Counted from the stretch's first letter, positions 18,674 through 28,399 are shown. The stretch is DNA of 48,843 nucleotides from an uncultured archaeon (GCA_963810275.1 CAWENF010000015.1:1-48843), one strand, 5' to 3'. Notes: generated from the letters alone by a model not told the origin. Numbers and translations: made by a program.

Positions 18674-20116
18674 TTAGTAGGAACGTGCGAAGTACGCTAC
18701 ATCTTTTGCTTCTTTGCCGCAAATTATGCAGCTTGTCTCTGGTGTTTCCTTCTCAAACGGCAATACGCGGATGGTTGCGCCTGTTTCGTCTTTAACTTTC
18801 TTTTCGCAGTCTGGGTCGCCGCACCATGCTGCTTTGACAAAGCCGCCTTTGCCTTCGACAACCTGCTTAAACTCATCGTAGCTCTTGATGGGGGTGGTTT
18901 TTTCCGCGAGGCTGCTTCGGGCTTTAGCTAGCATGCTATCCTGAATATCATTTAGCAACTGTTCACCTGTGACGAGTATGTCCGCATCTTTGACAAATGC
19001 CTTCTGCCCAGAGTCACGCCGTACCATAACGCACTGCCCATTCTTGATGTCTCGTGGTCCAACCTCAACTCTAAGCGGGACGCCTTTGAGTTCCCACTGG
19101 TTGAACTTCCAGCCTGGCGTGTACTCTGTTCGGTCGTCCAGGAAAACGGTTATGCCTTTAGCTTGCAGGTCTGCCTTTATCTGCTTGGTTTTAGCTGCAA
19201 TCGCCTCTGCCTCAAGCCCCTTGAATGGGATAGGAACTATGACGACCTGTACTGGCGCAACCTTAGGCGGCATGATTAAGCCTTTGTCGTCGCCGTGAAT
19301 CATAATCATCGCACCGATAAGCCGAGTGGTGATACCCCAGCTGGTCTGCCACACATAGTGGTCGGCTGTGTCTTCGCCTATATATTTGACGTTAAAGACT
19401 TTGGCGAAATGCTGCCCTAAATTGTGGCTGGTACCCATCTGGAGCGCCTTGCCATCGGGCATTATGGATTCAAGGGCGGTTGTGTAGAGTGCGCCTGCGA
19501 ACTTTTCGCTTTCGCTCTTAGTGCCAATCAACACAGGAATCGCCAGCGTGTTTTCGATGACATCCTTGTACATGTGCAGAGCCCACATAACTTCTGCGTC
19601 TGCGTCTTCGGCTGTGGTGTGGGCTGTGTGGCCTTCCTGCCAGAGAAACTCTCTTGTGCGCAGAAACAGTTTGGTGGCTTTGGTTTCCCACCTTACGATG
19701 TTGCACCACTGGTTAATCTTCAATGGCAAGTCGCGCCAGCTGCGAATCCACTTACTAAACATACTGTACATGATGGTCTCGCTGGTTGGCCTAACCGCCA
19801 GCTTCTCCTCTAAGGGGGTGTTACCGCCCTGTGTAATCCATGCCACTTCAGGGGTGAAGCCCTCAAAGTGCTCGGCTTCCTGTTTGAGGAAGGCTTCGGG
19901 GATGAACATTGGGAAGTACGCGTTTTTGTGTCCTGTCTCTTTGATTTTTTGGTTGACGACCTGCTGGATTTTCTCCCAGACAGCATAGGCGTCGGGGCGA
20001 ATAATCATGCAACCTTTGACGGGGGCATAGTCGGCTAGTTCGGCTTTGAGGACGACTTCGACGTACCATTCGCTGAAGTCTACGCTTTTCTTGACGGTGA
20101 CACCGGTATCTGACAT
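18674..20116 (-). CDS. proS: Prolyl-tRNA synthetase (archaeal/eukaryotic type)
   Basis: FSEWY, RPTSET, FLRTREFLWQEGHT, GTSHNLG, C-terminal Zn domain ending FARSY. Confidence 0.97.
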   Translation of the reverse strand: MSDTGVTVKKSVDFSEWYVEVVLKAELADYAPVKGCMIIRPDAYAVWEKIQQVVNQKIKETGHKNAYFPMFIPEAFLKQEAEHFEGFTPEVAWITQGGNTPLEEKLAVRPTSETIMYSMFSKWIRSWRDLPLKINQWCNIVRWETKATKLFLRTREFLWQEGHTAHTTAEDADAEVMWALHMYKDVIENTLAIPVLIGTKSESEKFAGALYTTALESIMPDGKALQMGTSHNLGQHFAKVFNVKYIGEDTADHYVWQTSWGITTRLIGAMIMIHGDDKGLIMPPKVAPVQVVIVPIPFKGLEAEAIAAKTKQIKADLQAKGITVFLDDRTEYTPGWKFNQWELKGVPLRVEVGPRDIKNGQCVMVRRDSGQKAFVKDADILVTGEQLLNDIQDSMLAKARSSLAEKTTPIKSYDEFKQVVEGKGGFVKAAWCGDPDCEKKVKDETGATIRVLPFEKETPETSCIICGKEAKDVAYFARSY

Positions 20117-20474
20117 GAATATTCTCTTCTTAATGAAAGGTATTGCATCTGGCTGAATATAAAACCGTAACGGCGTTAGTCTGCATTAATCTACAGTATT
20201 TTTTTAAATTCCTAAAAATGACTACGAGAGATCATTAGAAAATAACCAGTTTGAGTTAATTAGTTCATATGCGGGTATCTATTGAAAATTATCCGTTGAC
20301 ACCGCAAGTTTCTGCTTGTTACTATCTGTCCAGCTCGTCTGCAACCAAACAACAAAGATGGAGACGCCAAAACAAAACCACGCACAACACCACTTGTTTT
20401 TGTTGAAAAAAGATAGATATGTGACAACAACTTAAACTCAGAAAAATAAAAATTTCAAAAAAGAAAAGGAGCCC

Positions 20475-20621
20475 TTACTTGAGCTTCTTCTTAGGGTAGT
20501 CTTTGCATTCGTATATTCGAAGTTGCCTTTGTGGCTCGATACGGCAGCGTTTGCGGCTGTTTTTGCGTCTTAGGATTTGGGGAAGTTGGAAAAAAGGGCA
20601 TTTTGAACAAAGTGTGCTCAT
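20475..20621 (-). CDS. 48-aa basic Cys-containing protein, last gene of the ABC operon
   Basis: AGGAGG SD, then MSTLCSKCPFFQLPQILRRKNSRKRCRIEPQRQLRIYECKDYPKKKLK, starting 14 nt after the permease stop. Confidence 0.65.
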   Translation of the reverse strand: MSTLCSKCPFFQLPQILRRKNSRKRCRIEPQRQLRIYECKDYPKKKLK

Positions 20622-20635
20622 TTGCTTTTTCCCTC

Positions 20636-21808
20636 CTACCTCGCCATCATCCTTCGGAACACTGGCAGAGCAATCGCTATCATCACGACACCAAAGCCTA
20701 TTAGCACTGCTATCTCAGTTGTTATCTGCGATGCGTCTGCGCCTAGCACCATGACTTTGCGGAGGGCGTTTGCTGCGTAGGTCAATGGGAGGAAGCTTGC
20801 TATTGTCTGCATGAAGCCTGGCATCTGCTGAATCGGGAAAAACACCCCACTTAAGAACATCATTGGGAACATCAGTGTCATCATCAGCATTTGCGCGGTT
20901 TCTTGATCTTTGGTGAACGATGTAATTACGATACCTAACCCGACGAAGCTAAACACTCCTAAAAGTAGCAGTGCCAAGACTAGCAATAAACTGCCCTGTA
21001 TCACGACTCCAAATATGCCGATTGCAAGCGCCATAATTATGACGCCTTGAATCAAGCCTCTTGCCGTCTGCGCACCGGTTTTGCCTAACAATATCGAGAG
21101 TCGGTTGACAGGGGCAACCATCATCCCGTCCATGGTGCCTATTTCTTTTTCCTGACTAATCGCCACTGGTAAACCTGTCATGACACTCATCATAACTGTC
21201 ATAGCCATAAGCCCCGGCGCAATGAAATCGAAATAGCTTGGGTTACCGGCAACAACGCCTTGAGTTTGAACATTAAAGGGTTTGACGACGGCGATGTTTG
21301 TTGTGTTTAGCTGCTGCTCTGCCACATTGGTACCGATAACATCGAACACGCCGCTTAATGCGCCTTGGATGGTGGCGGATATCTGCGGGTTAGACTCGTC
21401 ACTAACGATTATAAGCATGCCCTGCTCCTGCGTGGCGAGACTGGTTGAGAAGTTAGCTGGAATAACTATGCCACCTTGTAGTTGTCCTCTTTGTACCATA
21501 TCTCGTAGGTCATCTATGCTGGAAATATTGGTCATTACCAGCATGTGGGTTTGGTCGTTGATAGCATTAAGCCCGGGCAAAAACACCATGTTGGACATGT
21601 ATTGCCCCTCCACGCCTGAATCTTCATTTACGACTCCGATTTGTAGGTTAGTAACTGTGCCGTTGGATGGGTAAATAAAGCCGACCATAACCATCATGAA
21701 CAGTGGCATAACCACAAGAAGGACTAAGCCAAGTCGGTTGCGGAACAGCTCCATTAGGTCTTTCCAAGCGATGCGTCCACTGTGTCTTAGTATAGTTCTA
21801 GCGCCCAT
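20636..21808 (-). CDS. ABC-2 type exporter permease
   Basis: N-terminal TM, extracellular domain, EKEIGT...P...ILLGK, LSGVFFP, PLTY. Confidence 0.93.
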   Translation of the reverse strand: MGARTILRHSGRIAWKDLMELFRNRLGLVLLVVMPLFMMVMVGFIYPSNGTVTNLQIGVVNEDSGVEGQYMSNMVFLPGLNAINDQTHMLVMTNISSIDDLRDMVQRGQLQGGIVIPANFSTSLATQEQGMLIIVSDESNPQISATIQGALSGVFDVIGTNVAEQQLNTTNIAVVKPFNVQTQGVVAGNPSYFDFIAPGLMAMTVMMSVMTGLPVAISQEKEIGTMDGMMVAPVNRLSILLGKTGAQTARGLIQGVIIMALAIGIFGVVIQGSLLLVLALLLLGVFSFVGLGIVITSFTKDQETAQMLMMTLMFPMMFLSGVFFPIQQMPGFMQTIASFLPLTYAANALRKVMVLGADASQITTEIAVLIGFGVVMIAIALPVFRRMMAR

Positions 21809-21814
21809 TACTCA

Positions 21815-22831
21815 TTACCTCACTCTGTTCTGCGGCATCCCAAAATGCCCTTGCTTTATTTTGATTTTTTCTGTTGTGCTATCTCGGACGTCATGTCCGG
21901 TAATGTGGAGGAATACGTCTTCAAGTGTTGGTTGAAGGTTGGACATCGACGTGATTTTGCCCCCTTTTTCTCGTACGATGTCCACTATGTTGTCAAATGC
22001 TTCTTCGCCATGCACAATAATGTGGAGCGACATAGAGTTCTCTTGTGTCGCAGCGTCCACGCAGTCCAATGCTTTTATAGCTTCGATCATGTTGGGGGTT
22101 AGGTTAGCGACTTCTAACTTGATTATCATTGTATCTGCACCTGAAATGATTTTTTTAAGGTTAGTCGACGTGTCCAAGGCTATAATTTTTCCGTGGTCCA
22201 CGATTGCTATACGGTCACAGAGCAAATCCGCATCAACCATCATGTGGGTGGTCAAGACGACGGTGGTGCCTTGTTCTTGGTTGAGTCTTTTGACGAAGTC
22301 ACGAATTTCAACCGAGGACTGTGGGTCCAACCCCAATGTGGGTTCGTCGAGGTAAAGCACCTGCGGCGTGTTTAGCAATGCGCGCACAACGTTCATACGC
22401 TGGCGCATACCGGTTGAGAAGGTGCCGACCTGTGCGTTTTTGAATTTAGTTAATTTGACTAGTTCGAGGAGTTCGTCTATTCTTTTATTCAGGAGATCTT
22501 TTGGAATGTTGTAGAGTGTGCCGAAAAATTCAAGGTTTTCTTTAGCGGTTAATCGGTTGTAGATTATCATTTTTTCAGAGACTATTCCAATAAGTTTGCG
22601 GACTTGCATGTCATGTTTAACAGTATCATAACCGCCGATGGTAGCGATGCCTTTGGTGGGTCGGGAGAGTGTGGAGAGCATGCGTAATGTGGTACTTTTG
22701 CCTGCGCCGTTTGGGCCTAGTAGGCCGAAGATTTCGCCTTTCTTAACTTCGAAGCTAATGTCGTCTACGGCGGTGAATTTGCCAAATTTTTTGGTTAGGT
22801 TTTTTACTTCTATTATGTTGCCGTTGACCGT
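21815..22831 (-). CDS. ABC exporter ATP-binding subunit (putative ACG start)
   Basis: Walker A GPNGAGKS lies upstream of the track's ATG. Signature FSTGMRQR, LDEPT, TTH, PTLEDVF. Confidence 0.93.
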   Translation of the reverse strand, partial: TVNGNIIEVKNLTKKFGKFTAVDDISFEVKKGEIFGLLGPNGAGKSTTLRMLSTLSRPTKGIATIGGYDTVKHDMQVRKLIGIVSEKMIIYNRLTAKENLEFFGTLYNIPKDLLNKRIDELLELVKLTKFKNAQVGTFSTGMRQRMNVVRALLNTPQVLYLDEPTLGLDPQSSVEIRDFVKRLNQEQGTTVVLTTHMMVDADLLCDRIAIVDHGKIIALDTSTNLKKIISGADTMIIKLEVANLTPNMIEAIKALDCVDAATQENSMSLHIIVHGEEAFDNIVDIVREKGGKITSMSNLQPTLEDVFLHITGHDVRDSTTEKIKIKQGHFGMPQNRVR

Positions 22832-22847
22832 TGAGATTGCCTCCTAT

Positions 22848-22874
22848 GTCAATATTATTGACTGCAATATATTG
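22848..22874. promoter_or_regulatory. Overlapping palindromes, putative PadR operator
   Basis: GTCAATA-T-TATTGAC (22848-22862), TATTG-ACTG-CAATA (22856-22869) and CAATATATTG (22865-22874), between the divergent padR and ABC genes. Confidence 0.6.
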
Positions 22875-22920
22875 TGGCAAAATATAAGTATTCCCTAACT
22901 AACACTATACATAGACCGTA

Positions 22921-23508
22921 ATGAAACCCGAAATCGAAGACGCAACTACGCAAAGCTGGCTAAAAGAAGCGCAAAAAGGATACATCCGTATGGGTGCCCT
23001 CATTTTACTTAACAAAAACCCCAGCCACGGCTACGAAATCATGAAAGAAATCAACAGCCGCACCCACGGCATCTGGAAACCAACAGCCGGAGGCGTCTAC
23101 CCCATCCTTCGTGATCTCGAAAGGAGCGACTATATCAAAGGACAATGGCAAACCCAAAAAAACAGGCGACTAAAAGTCTACAAAATCACCAAACGAGGCG
23201 AAGATATCCTCAAAAAAGCCATAGTTAAACAAGCTGAAATTTTCAACAATATAAGCAGCCTCTTCACAGAGTTCTCCCGCGACGTCCTAAACATAGAAGT
23301 AAAAAAAGTTCCAATACCCCCCGTGCCCACACCCTTCCGTCCATTTCTTGAAGACAAAACCCAGCAGGAAAGCCTTGAGCAGCTGGAGCACCAACGCAAA
23401 CACTTTGTCGAAAACATCAAAACCCTAAGAAGCGCCTTAAAGGAAGTCAACTCTAAAATTGCCAAAGCCAAAAAAGATGCTAAGCCCTCTGAATCGCTAC
23501 ACCAATAG
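22921..23508 (+). CDS. PadR-family transcriptional regulator
   Basis: HGYEIMKEI...GGVYPILRDLE...KVYKITKRG, with a C-terminal coiled coil. Confidence 0.92.
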   Translation: MKPEIEDATTQSWLKEAQKGYIRMGALILLNKNPSHGYEIMKEINSRTHGIWKPTAGGVYPILRDLERSDYIKGQWQTQKNRRLKVYKITKRGEDILKKAIVKQAEIFNNISSLFTEFSRDVLNIEVKKVPIPPVPTPFRPFLEDKTQQESLEQLEHQRKHFVENIKTLRSALKEVNSKIAKAKKDAKPSESLHQ

Positions 23509-23563
23509 AGCGGTTGGCTTGTTAATGGTTTAAATCTATGGCTTACCTAATCAGTAAGAGAGA

Positions 23564-23896
23564 GTGACACATTTGTTCCGCGTACGAGTAAACAAAATCG
23601 AATCCACCCGCGACGTAGACGGTAACCTTGGAAAAAGAATCGAGCTCCTAGAAGAACGGGAAGTCAACCCCTACATTGTTAGGCCGCAATCCGACGAAGC
23701 CAAAATGGCCCAGGACATTATGCAGGCGCTCCAAACCCAGATGCCGTTTCTGCCTCAACGCCAACAGATGGCAACACCCAAAATCATCCTGTTCCTCACA
23801 GAACACGAATACGATAGCTTAGGCATAGGCTTTGACGTAAATCAAGTTTACGAAGTGCTGCTGGAAAACCAGTCAATCCGCTTTAGGAAAATTTAA
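23564..23896 (+). CDS. Arcadin-1-like protein
   Basis: 110 aa. The KRIELLEERE and PKIILFLTEHE segments and the central helix resemble my recollection of Pyrobaculum arcadin-1. Confidence 0.7.
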   Translation: MTHLFRVRVNKIESTRDVDGNLGKRIELLEEREVNPYIVRPQSDEAKMAQDIMQALQTQMPFLPQRQQMATPKIILFLTEHEYDSLGIGFDVNQVYEVLLENQSIRFRKI

Positions 23897-24218
23897 GCAA
23901 CTCATTACGAATATGCGCCAACCCGGAATGCTTCGGATGAAAAGAGAGCACAAACATCATATGCCGTATGGCGCTACCTATTTCTTCCAAATCCGACCGT
24001 TTCCCCTCGTCACAGTATAGCGGGATGGGTTCACCTTTATTTTCTTCATAGTAAACATAGATTGGACTTATTCCACTTTCGAAGCGAACTAACTCGAAGT
24101 CTAGGTTTAGACGTCTGGCGGTTTCTTTGGCTGCGCTTCGTACGGATTCGAAGCGTTCGAGACTCGGTTGCCCCGTTGATGCGTAAACCATCAGTTTCCC
24201 ACAGTTCTCCATATCCAC
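23883..24218 (-). CDS. Hypothetical protein
   Basis: Protein-like composition (SPIYVYYE...PLYCD...MMFVLSFHPKH); converges with arcadin-1 with a 14-nt overlap. Confidence 0.7.
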   Translation of the reverse strand: MDMENCGKLMVYASTGQPSLERFESVRSAAKETARRLNLDFELVRFESGISPIYVYYEENKGEPIPLYCDEGKRSDLEEIGSAIRHMMFVLSFHPKHSGLAHIRNELLKFS

Positions 24219-24391
24219 TCACATCTTCCATATTTGGTTCTGGACGCTTTTAAGAGGGCTGCCGATGCGACTGTCTAAGGCGGTGGAGGGCTGGGTGAAA
24301 GTGAATGCTTGTAGGTGGCAAAATGCAGCCACAACGCCTTAAATCTGATCGGGTTAGCCGCATTATGTGAAACTTTGTTATGAGAACATCT

Positions 24392-24853
24392 ATGGCGCAT
24401 GAGTGGCATATGCCTGACTGGTGGTTTAGGGGCAAGCAACCGCCAGACGACAACGCATACTTCGAGAACCTTAGCCGAGTTATTTTCCAGGCAGGTTTAA
24501 ATTGGCAGGTGGTGGACGGCAAATGGCCCGCAATAAAAGATGCCTTCTGCGATTTCAACATCAAAAAAGCCTCAGCCCTAACCGATAAAGACGTAGTCGA
24601 CATGCTAAAAAAACCCGATTTGATTCGGCACAAAGGTAAAATCCAAGCAACTATCCAAAACGCTAAAAACTTCTTGCTAATCGAAAGAACCTACGGTTCC
24701 TTCCCAAAGTACCTTGCTTCTCTGGAGAAATCAGACAACTACGCCGCAGTAATCAAGGATCTTAAATCCAAGTTCCGCTGGGTAGGCGACTCCACCGCAG
24801 CAACTTTTCTGTTTACGGTGAACGAAAACATTAACGTATGGGGACACGAATAA
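24392..24853 (+). CDS. tag: DNA-3-methyladenine glycosylase I family protein
   Basis: DDNAYFENL...FQAGLNW..V..KW...AF, IRHKGKI.ATI.NA, LKSKFRWVG. Confidence 0.85.
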   Translation: MAHEWHMPDWWFRGKQPPDDNAYFENLSRVIFQAGLNWQVVDGKWPAIKDAFCDFNIKKASALTDKDVVDMLKKPDLIRHKGKIQATIQNAKNFLLIERTYGSFPKYLASLEKSDNYAAVIKDLKSKFRWVGDSTAATFLFTVNENINVWGHE

Positions 24854-24877
24854 AAGTAGGCGCCAGAAAATATTTTT

Positions 24878-25156
24878 ATGACAAAACTCAGAGCCCACTT
24901 GTACATTAAGGGTAGAGTGCAAGGAGTGTACTTCCGCCAGAACATCAAGCAGCAAGCCCAAATTCGGGACGTCAAAGGCTGGGTGCGCAACCTAAGCGAC
25001 GGAAGAGTGGAAGCAGTTTTTGAAGGCTATGAAGACGCTGTTAAGGCGATAGTTAATTTCTGCAGTAAAGGCCCCGCTGGTGCGGTGGTTAAAGATGTTA
25101 TTGTTGTTTGGGAGCCGTTTGCCAACGAATTCTTAGGCTTCTCCATCTTATATTAG
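24878..25156 (+). CDS. acyP: Acylphosphatase
   Basis: GRVQGVYFR, GWVRNLSDGRVEAVFEG. Confidence 0.95.
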   Translation: MTKLRAHLYIKGRVQGVYFRQNIKQQAQIRDVKGWVRNLSDGRVEAVFEGYEDAVKAIVNFCSKGPAGAVVKDVIVVWEPFANEFLGFSILY

Positions 25157-25202
25157 TTGGATGATGGTTAAATTAAAAATTTTCAGCCACGCATTACTGG
25201 GT

Positions 25203-25710
25203 ATGAAGGTTTTGGGCTCAATTGGTAATAATACCCGTGGAGGCGGCAACACCGATTTGCTGGTTGCTGAAATCTTGGCTGGCGCAGTGGAGTGTGGTTT
25301 TGAAACTGAAAAGTTGTATATGTATCCACTGCGAACAGAGGTTTGTGTGAACTGCAAAGCCTGCAAAATCGGTTTTACCTGTGTGCATAAAGACGACATG
25401 GCTGAACTTGATGGGAAACTTGAAGGTGCTGACGTGATTTAGGTCCGCCACTTTATTGGTAAGTTCCGGCTATAATGAAGTTGCTGCTTGGCTGCGTCCA
25501 TTCGTCGCTTCAAAACGCCTTAGGGGCAAACGAGCGGTTTTGGTTGTTCCATCCGAGGAGGAGCTGACGCCTGATGTCACGTGGGGGCATGTTTAACTTG
25601 TCTTTTGGCTATCTGTGTGTGGATTTGGGTTAGTGTTCTGTTTCCTAAGGCATCTGAACTTGGAGATGTCAAGAGTCAGTCTGACGCTCTATTTGAAACC
25701 CAAAGTAATC
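25203..25710 (+). pseudogene. Flavodoxin / iron-sulfur flavoprotein pseudogene
   Basis: MKVLG...R.GGNTD, C..C..C....C..KDDM, then a stop. Downstream fragments (LYW, MKLLL, RPFVASKRLRGKRAVLVVP, GMFNLSFGYL) lie in shifting frames with stops. Confidence 0.75.
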
Positions 25711-25733
25711 GGTAGAAACCTAACAGCATCTGT

Positions 25734-26159
25734 TTAGGTTTTCTTTTTGGGAACGCGGAAGTGGCTGTCTCTGCCTTGGCTGATGTATTCGCCGCCCATG
25801 CCTCTTATGGCGGAGGCGATTTTGGCAAAGTTGTCGCTCCCCAAGAATTGTTTGGGTTTTATGATTATATATTCGCCTTTTTCTTCGAAGTCTAATCGGG
25901 CTTCGAGTTCTTCAGGGAATGACATACGTATGTCATCTAGTGTGCGTATTCTGCTGTCTGCTGGTGGTGCAGGTGCTTGTGAGACTGGTTTTGGCGTAGA
26001 AGCCGTGCGGATGCTTGTGGGTTGGGTGATTTGCCCGATTGCAAGCGACTTGATTGAAGCAGAAACAACCCGTAGCTCGTCTGAAACCTTGTTTAGTTTA
26101 GCGTTGATTTCTTCGACTTTAGCTAAAAGCTGATCCAGTTTCTGTTGTTCGCTACTCAC
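25734..26159 (-). CDS. Hypothetical protein (coiled coil, linker, small alpha/beta domain)
   Basis: Heptad-like N-terminus, Pro/Ser/Thr linker, C-terminal FPEEL...KPKQFLGSDNFAKIA...GGEYIS.G. Confidence 0.8.
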   Translation of the reverse strand: MSSEQQKLDQLLAKVEEINAKLNKVSDELRVVSASIKSLAIGQITQPTSIRTASTPKPVSQAPAPPADSRIRTLDDIRMSFPEELEARLDFEEKGEYIIIKPKQFLGSDNFAKIASAIRGMGGEYISQGRDSHFRVPKKKT

Positions 26160-26238
26160 TCGCCGTTCCCTCTCAAACCCCTAAATAACCCCAGACGACT
26201 AATAAATAATTTGCACACATAAAGCAAGAGAAAAAGTC

Positions 26239-27273
26239 ATGTTTAAGGTTGATGGAAGCCAGAAAAGCGGCAGCGGAACCATACTGCGCCTAGCAGTAGC
26301 CATAGCGGCAATCAAGGGCGAATCGTTGCACATCACAAATGTCCGAGCTAATCGCCCAAAACCTGGTCTAAAACACCAGCACCTTGAATCGGTCCATGCC
26401 GCCGCTAAGCTCTGCAATGCCGACCTCAAAGGCGCCACTTTGGGCTCAAGCGAACTCTGGTTCACTCCGCAGGAAATCGTTGGGGGTAACGTCGAAGCCA
26501 CAATTGAAACCGCAGGTAGTATACCGATGCTTTTCCTCTCTGCCTTTCCCATCTGCCTCTACGCCGAAAAACCCGTCCGTCTCCATGTCGCCAAAGGCGG
26601 CACAGATACCCAAAACGCCCCAACAATAAACTACCTCCGCTACGTGTTTTTGCCAACTATTGCCAAAATGGGTGTTAAAGCGGAAATTTCTGTTCAGAAA
26701 TATGGCTATTACCCAAAGGGTATGGGTGAAGCTACCCTGACCGTGCAGCCAAACCCGAATTTGACGCCGTTTAGGCTGGAGCGGTTCGGAAGAATCACAT
26801 CGATAAAGGGCGTTTCTGTTTGCACTTATCTGTCGGAGCGGCAGGTGGCGGAGCGTCAAGCCAAAGCAGCAAAGGCGGTTCTCGGTCAGAGCGGCTTCAA
26901 AGCGAACATAGATGTCGTAAACGATCAATCCAACCAAATCCAGAAAGGCAGTTCCATAGCATTGTGGGTGGAAACCGACACAGGCGTCACCATCGGCGCA
27001 GACAGCATCGGCGAGCTGCGCAAGTCCGCTGAAGACGTGGGCAAGCAAGCCGCCCAGAAGCTCCTCGCCGAACTATCCGCTGAAGCGGCGGCTGACGAGT
27101 TCCTCGCTGACATGCTCATACCCTACATGGCACTCTCAGAAGGCAAATCAGTCGTTCTTGCTCGAACGTTAACCGAGCATATAGAATCTAACATTTGGCT
27201 CATGGAAAAAATGCTAAACGCACGGTTCAGAGTCGAAAAAGTAAACAACCTCGTATGCATAGAGAAAAGCTGA
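26239..27273 (+). CDS. rtcA: RNA 3'-terminal phosphate cyclase
   Basis: DGS..SGSGTILR, RANRPKPGL..QHL, GGTD, GYYPKG.G. Confidence 0.93.
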   Translation: MFKVDGSQKSGSGTILRLAVAIAAIKGESLHITNVRANRPKPGLKHQHLESVHAAAKLCNADLKGATLGSSELWFTPQEIVGGNVEATIETAGSIPMLFLSAFPICLYAEKPVRLHVAKGGTDTQNAPTINYLRYVFLPTIAKMGVKAEISVQKYGYYPKGMGEATLTVQPNPNLTPFRLERFGRITSIKGVSVCTYLSERQVAERQAKAAKAVLGQSGFKANIDVVNDQSNQIQKGSSIALWVETDTGVTIGADSIGELRKSAEDVGKQAAQKLLAELSAEAAADEFLADMLIPYMALSEGKSVVLARTLTEHIESNIWLMEKMLNARFRVEKVNNLVCIEKS

Positions 27274-27279
27274 GTTGAC

Positions 27280-28347
27280 ATGCCCAAAACTGCAATGAGC
27301 CTAAAAGTTCCCAAGAAGCTGGGAGAAAAAACCATCGCGTTAGCATCCAAGCTTGGGCTTATGGATACTGGGCTCTTTGTTGGGCGCGACGGGGATTTCT
27401 TGTTTGTTCCTCTGCGGCGTACTCCTGATGCATGCCAGTTGGGCAAGTTTGAGCATCTTCGGGGAGCAGAATTTGTCAGGAAAGAGTTTGAGGAAAAAAA
27501 GCAGCCAGCCCAAACCATAACCCAAGCACTCACGGGCAAGTTGCCGCCTGAACTCCTTGCCGCTGTGCCTCAGGCGTTTGACATCGTGGGTGACATAATA
27601 ATCATCGAAATCCCCCAGCCACTCAAAGATTACACTCAACTCGTTGGCGAAGCCATACTTGGCATACACCGAAATGTCAAAGTCGTCTTAGGCAAAGCCG
27701 GCGACGTAAGCGGCGTTTACCGCGTCCGAGACTACACCTACATTGCAGGCGAAAAAAGAACCAACACGGTGCACCGCGAGTTCGGTTGCAGCTACCGAGT
27801 GGATGTTGCCAAAGCATATTTTTCTCCGCGATTAGGCCACGAGCATATGCGTGTCGCTGGGCAGGTGGCAGCTGGGGAAGTGGTTGCGGATTTGTTTGCG
27901 GGTGTGGGTCCGTTTTCGGTTTTGATTGGCAAACAGTGCCCACAAGCGAAGGTGTACGGAGTTGATTTGAACCCTGACGCTATTGAGTTGCTTAAACTAA
28001 ATGTGCAAACCAACAAGGTCGAAGGTAACGTGTTCCCTGTTTGCGCCGACTCACGGGAATTCTCCAAAAGCCAACTCAGAGGCACCGCGGATCGCGCTAT
28101 CATGAATCTGCCTGAAACCGCTATAGAATTCGTGGATGCAGCCTGCAACGCCATCAAACCAGCAGGCGGCATAGTGCACTTCTATGGGTTTGTGCGAGCA
28201 CCTGATTCAGTTGAGAACCTTAAGAAGCGTTTCAGCACAGTGGTAGAGATGCAAGGCAGAAAAGTCACAGCATTCCTTGCCACCCGATGCATCCGTGAGA
28301 CTGCTCCGTTTGAGTCGCAGGTAGTTTTAGACGCATTAATATGTTAA
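27280..28347 (+). CDS. trm5: Trm5-family tRNA (guanine37-N1) methyltransferase
   Basis: FDIVGDI, HREFG, YFSPRL, DLFAGVGPF, DLNP, MNLP. Confidence 0.88.
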   Translation: MPKTAMSLKVPKKLGEKTIALASKLGLMDTGLFVGRDGDFLFVPLRRTPDACQLGKFEHLRGAEFVRKEFEEKKQPAQTITQALTGKLPPELLAAVPQAFDIVGDIIIIEIPQPLKDYTQLVGEAILGIHRNVKVVLGKAGDVSGVYRVRDYTYIAGEKRTNTVHREFGCSYRVDVAKAYFSPRLGHEHMRVAGQVAAGEVVADLFAGVGPFSVLIGKQCPQAKVYGVDLNPDAIELLKLNVQTNKVEGNVFPVCADSREFSKSQLRGTADRAIMNLPETAIEFVDAACNAIKPAGGIVHFYGFVRAPDSVENLKKRFSTVVEMQGRKVTAFLATRCIRETAPFESQVVLDALIC

Positions 28348-28399
28348 CGCCACTTTGTTTGCTGAACTTATTAATAGATGCTCTGCAGAACATTTAGAT

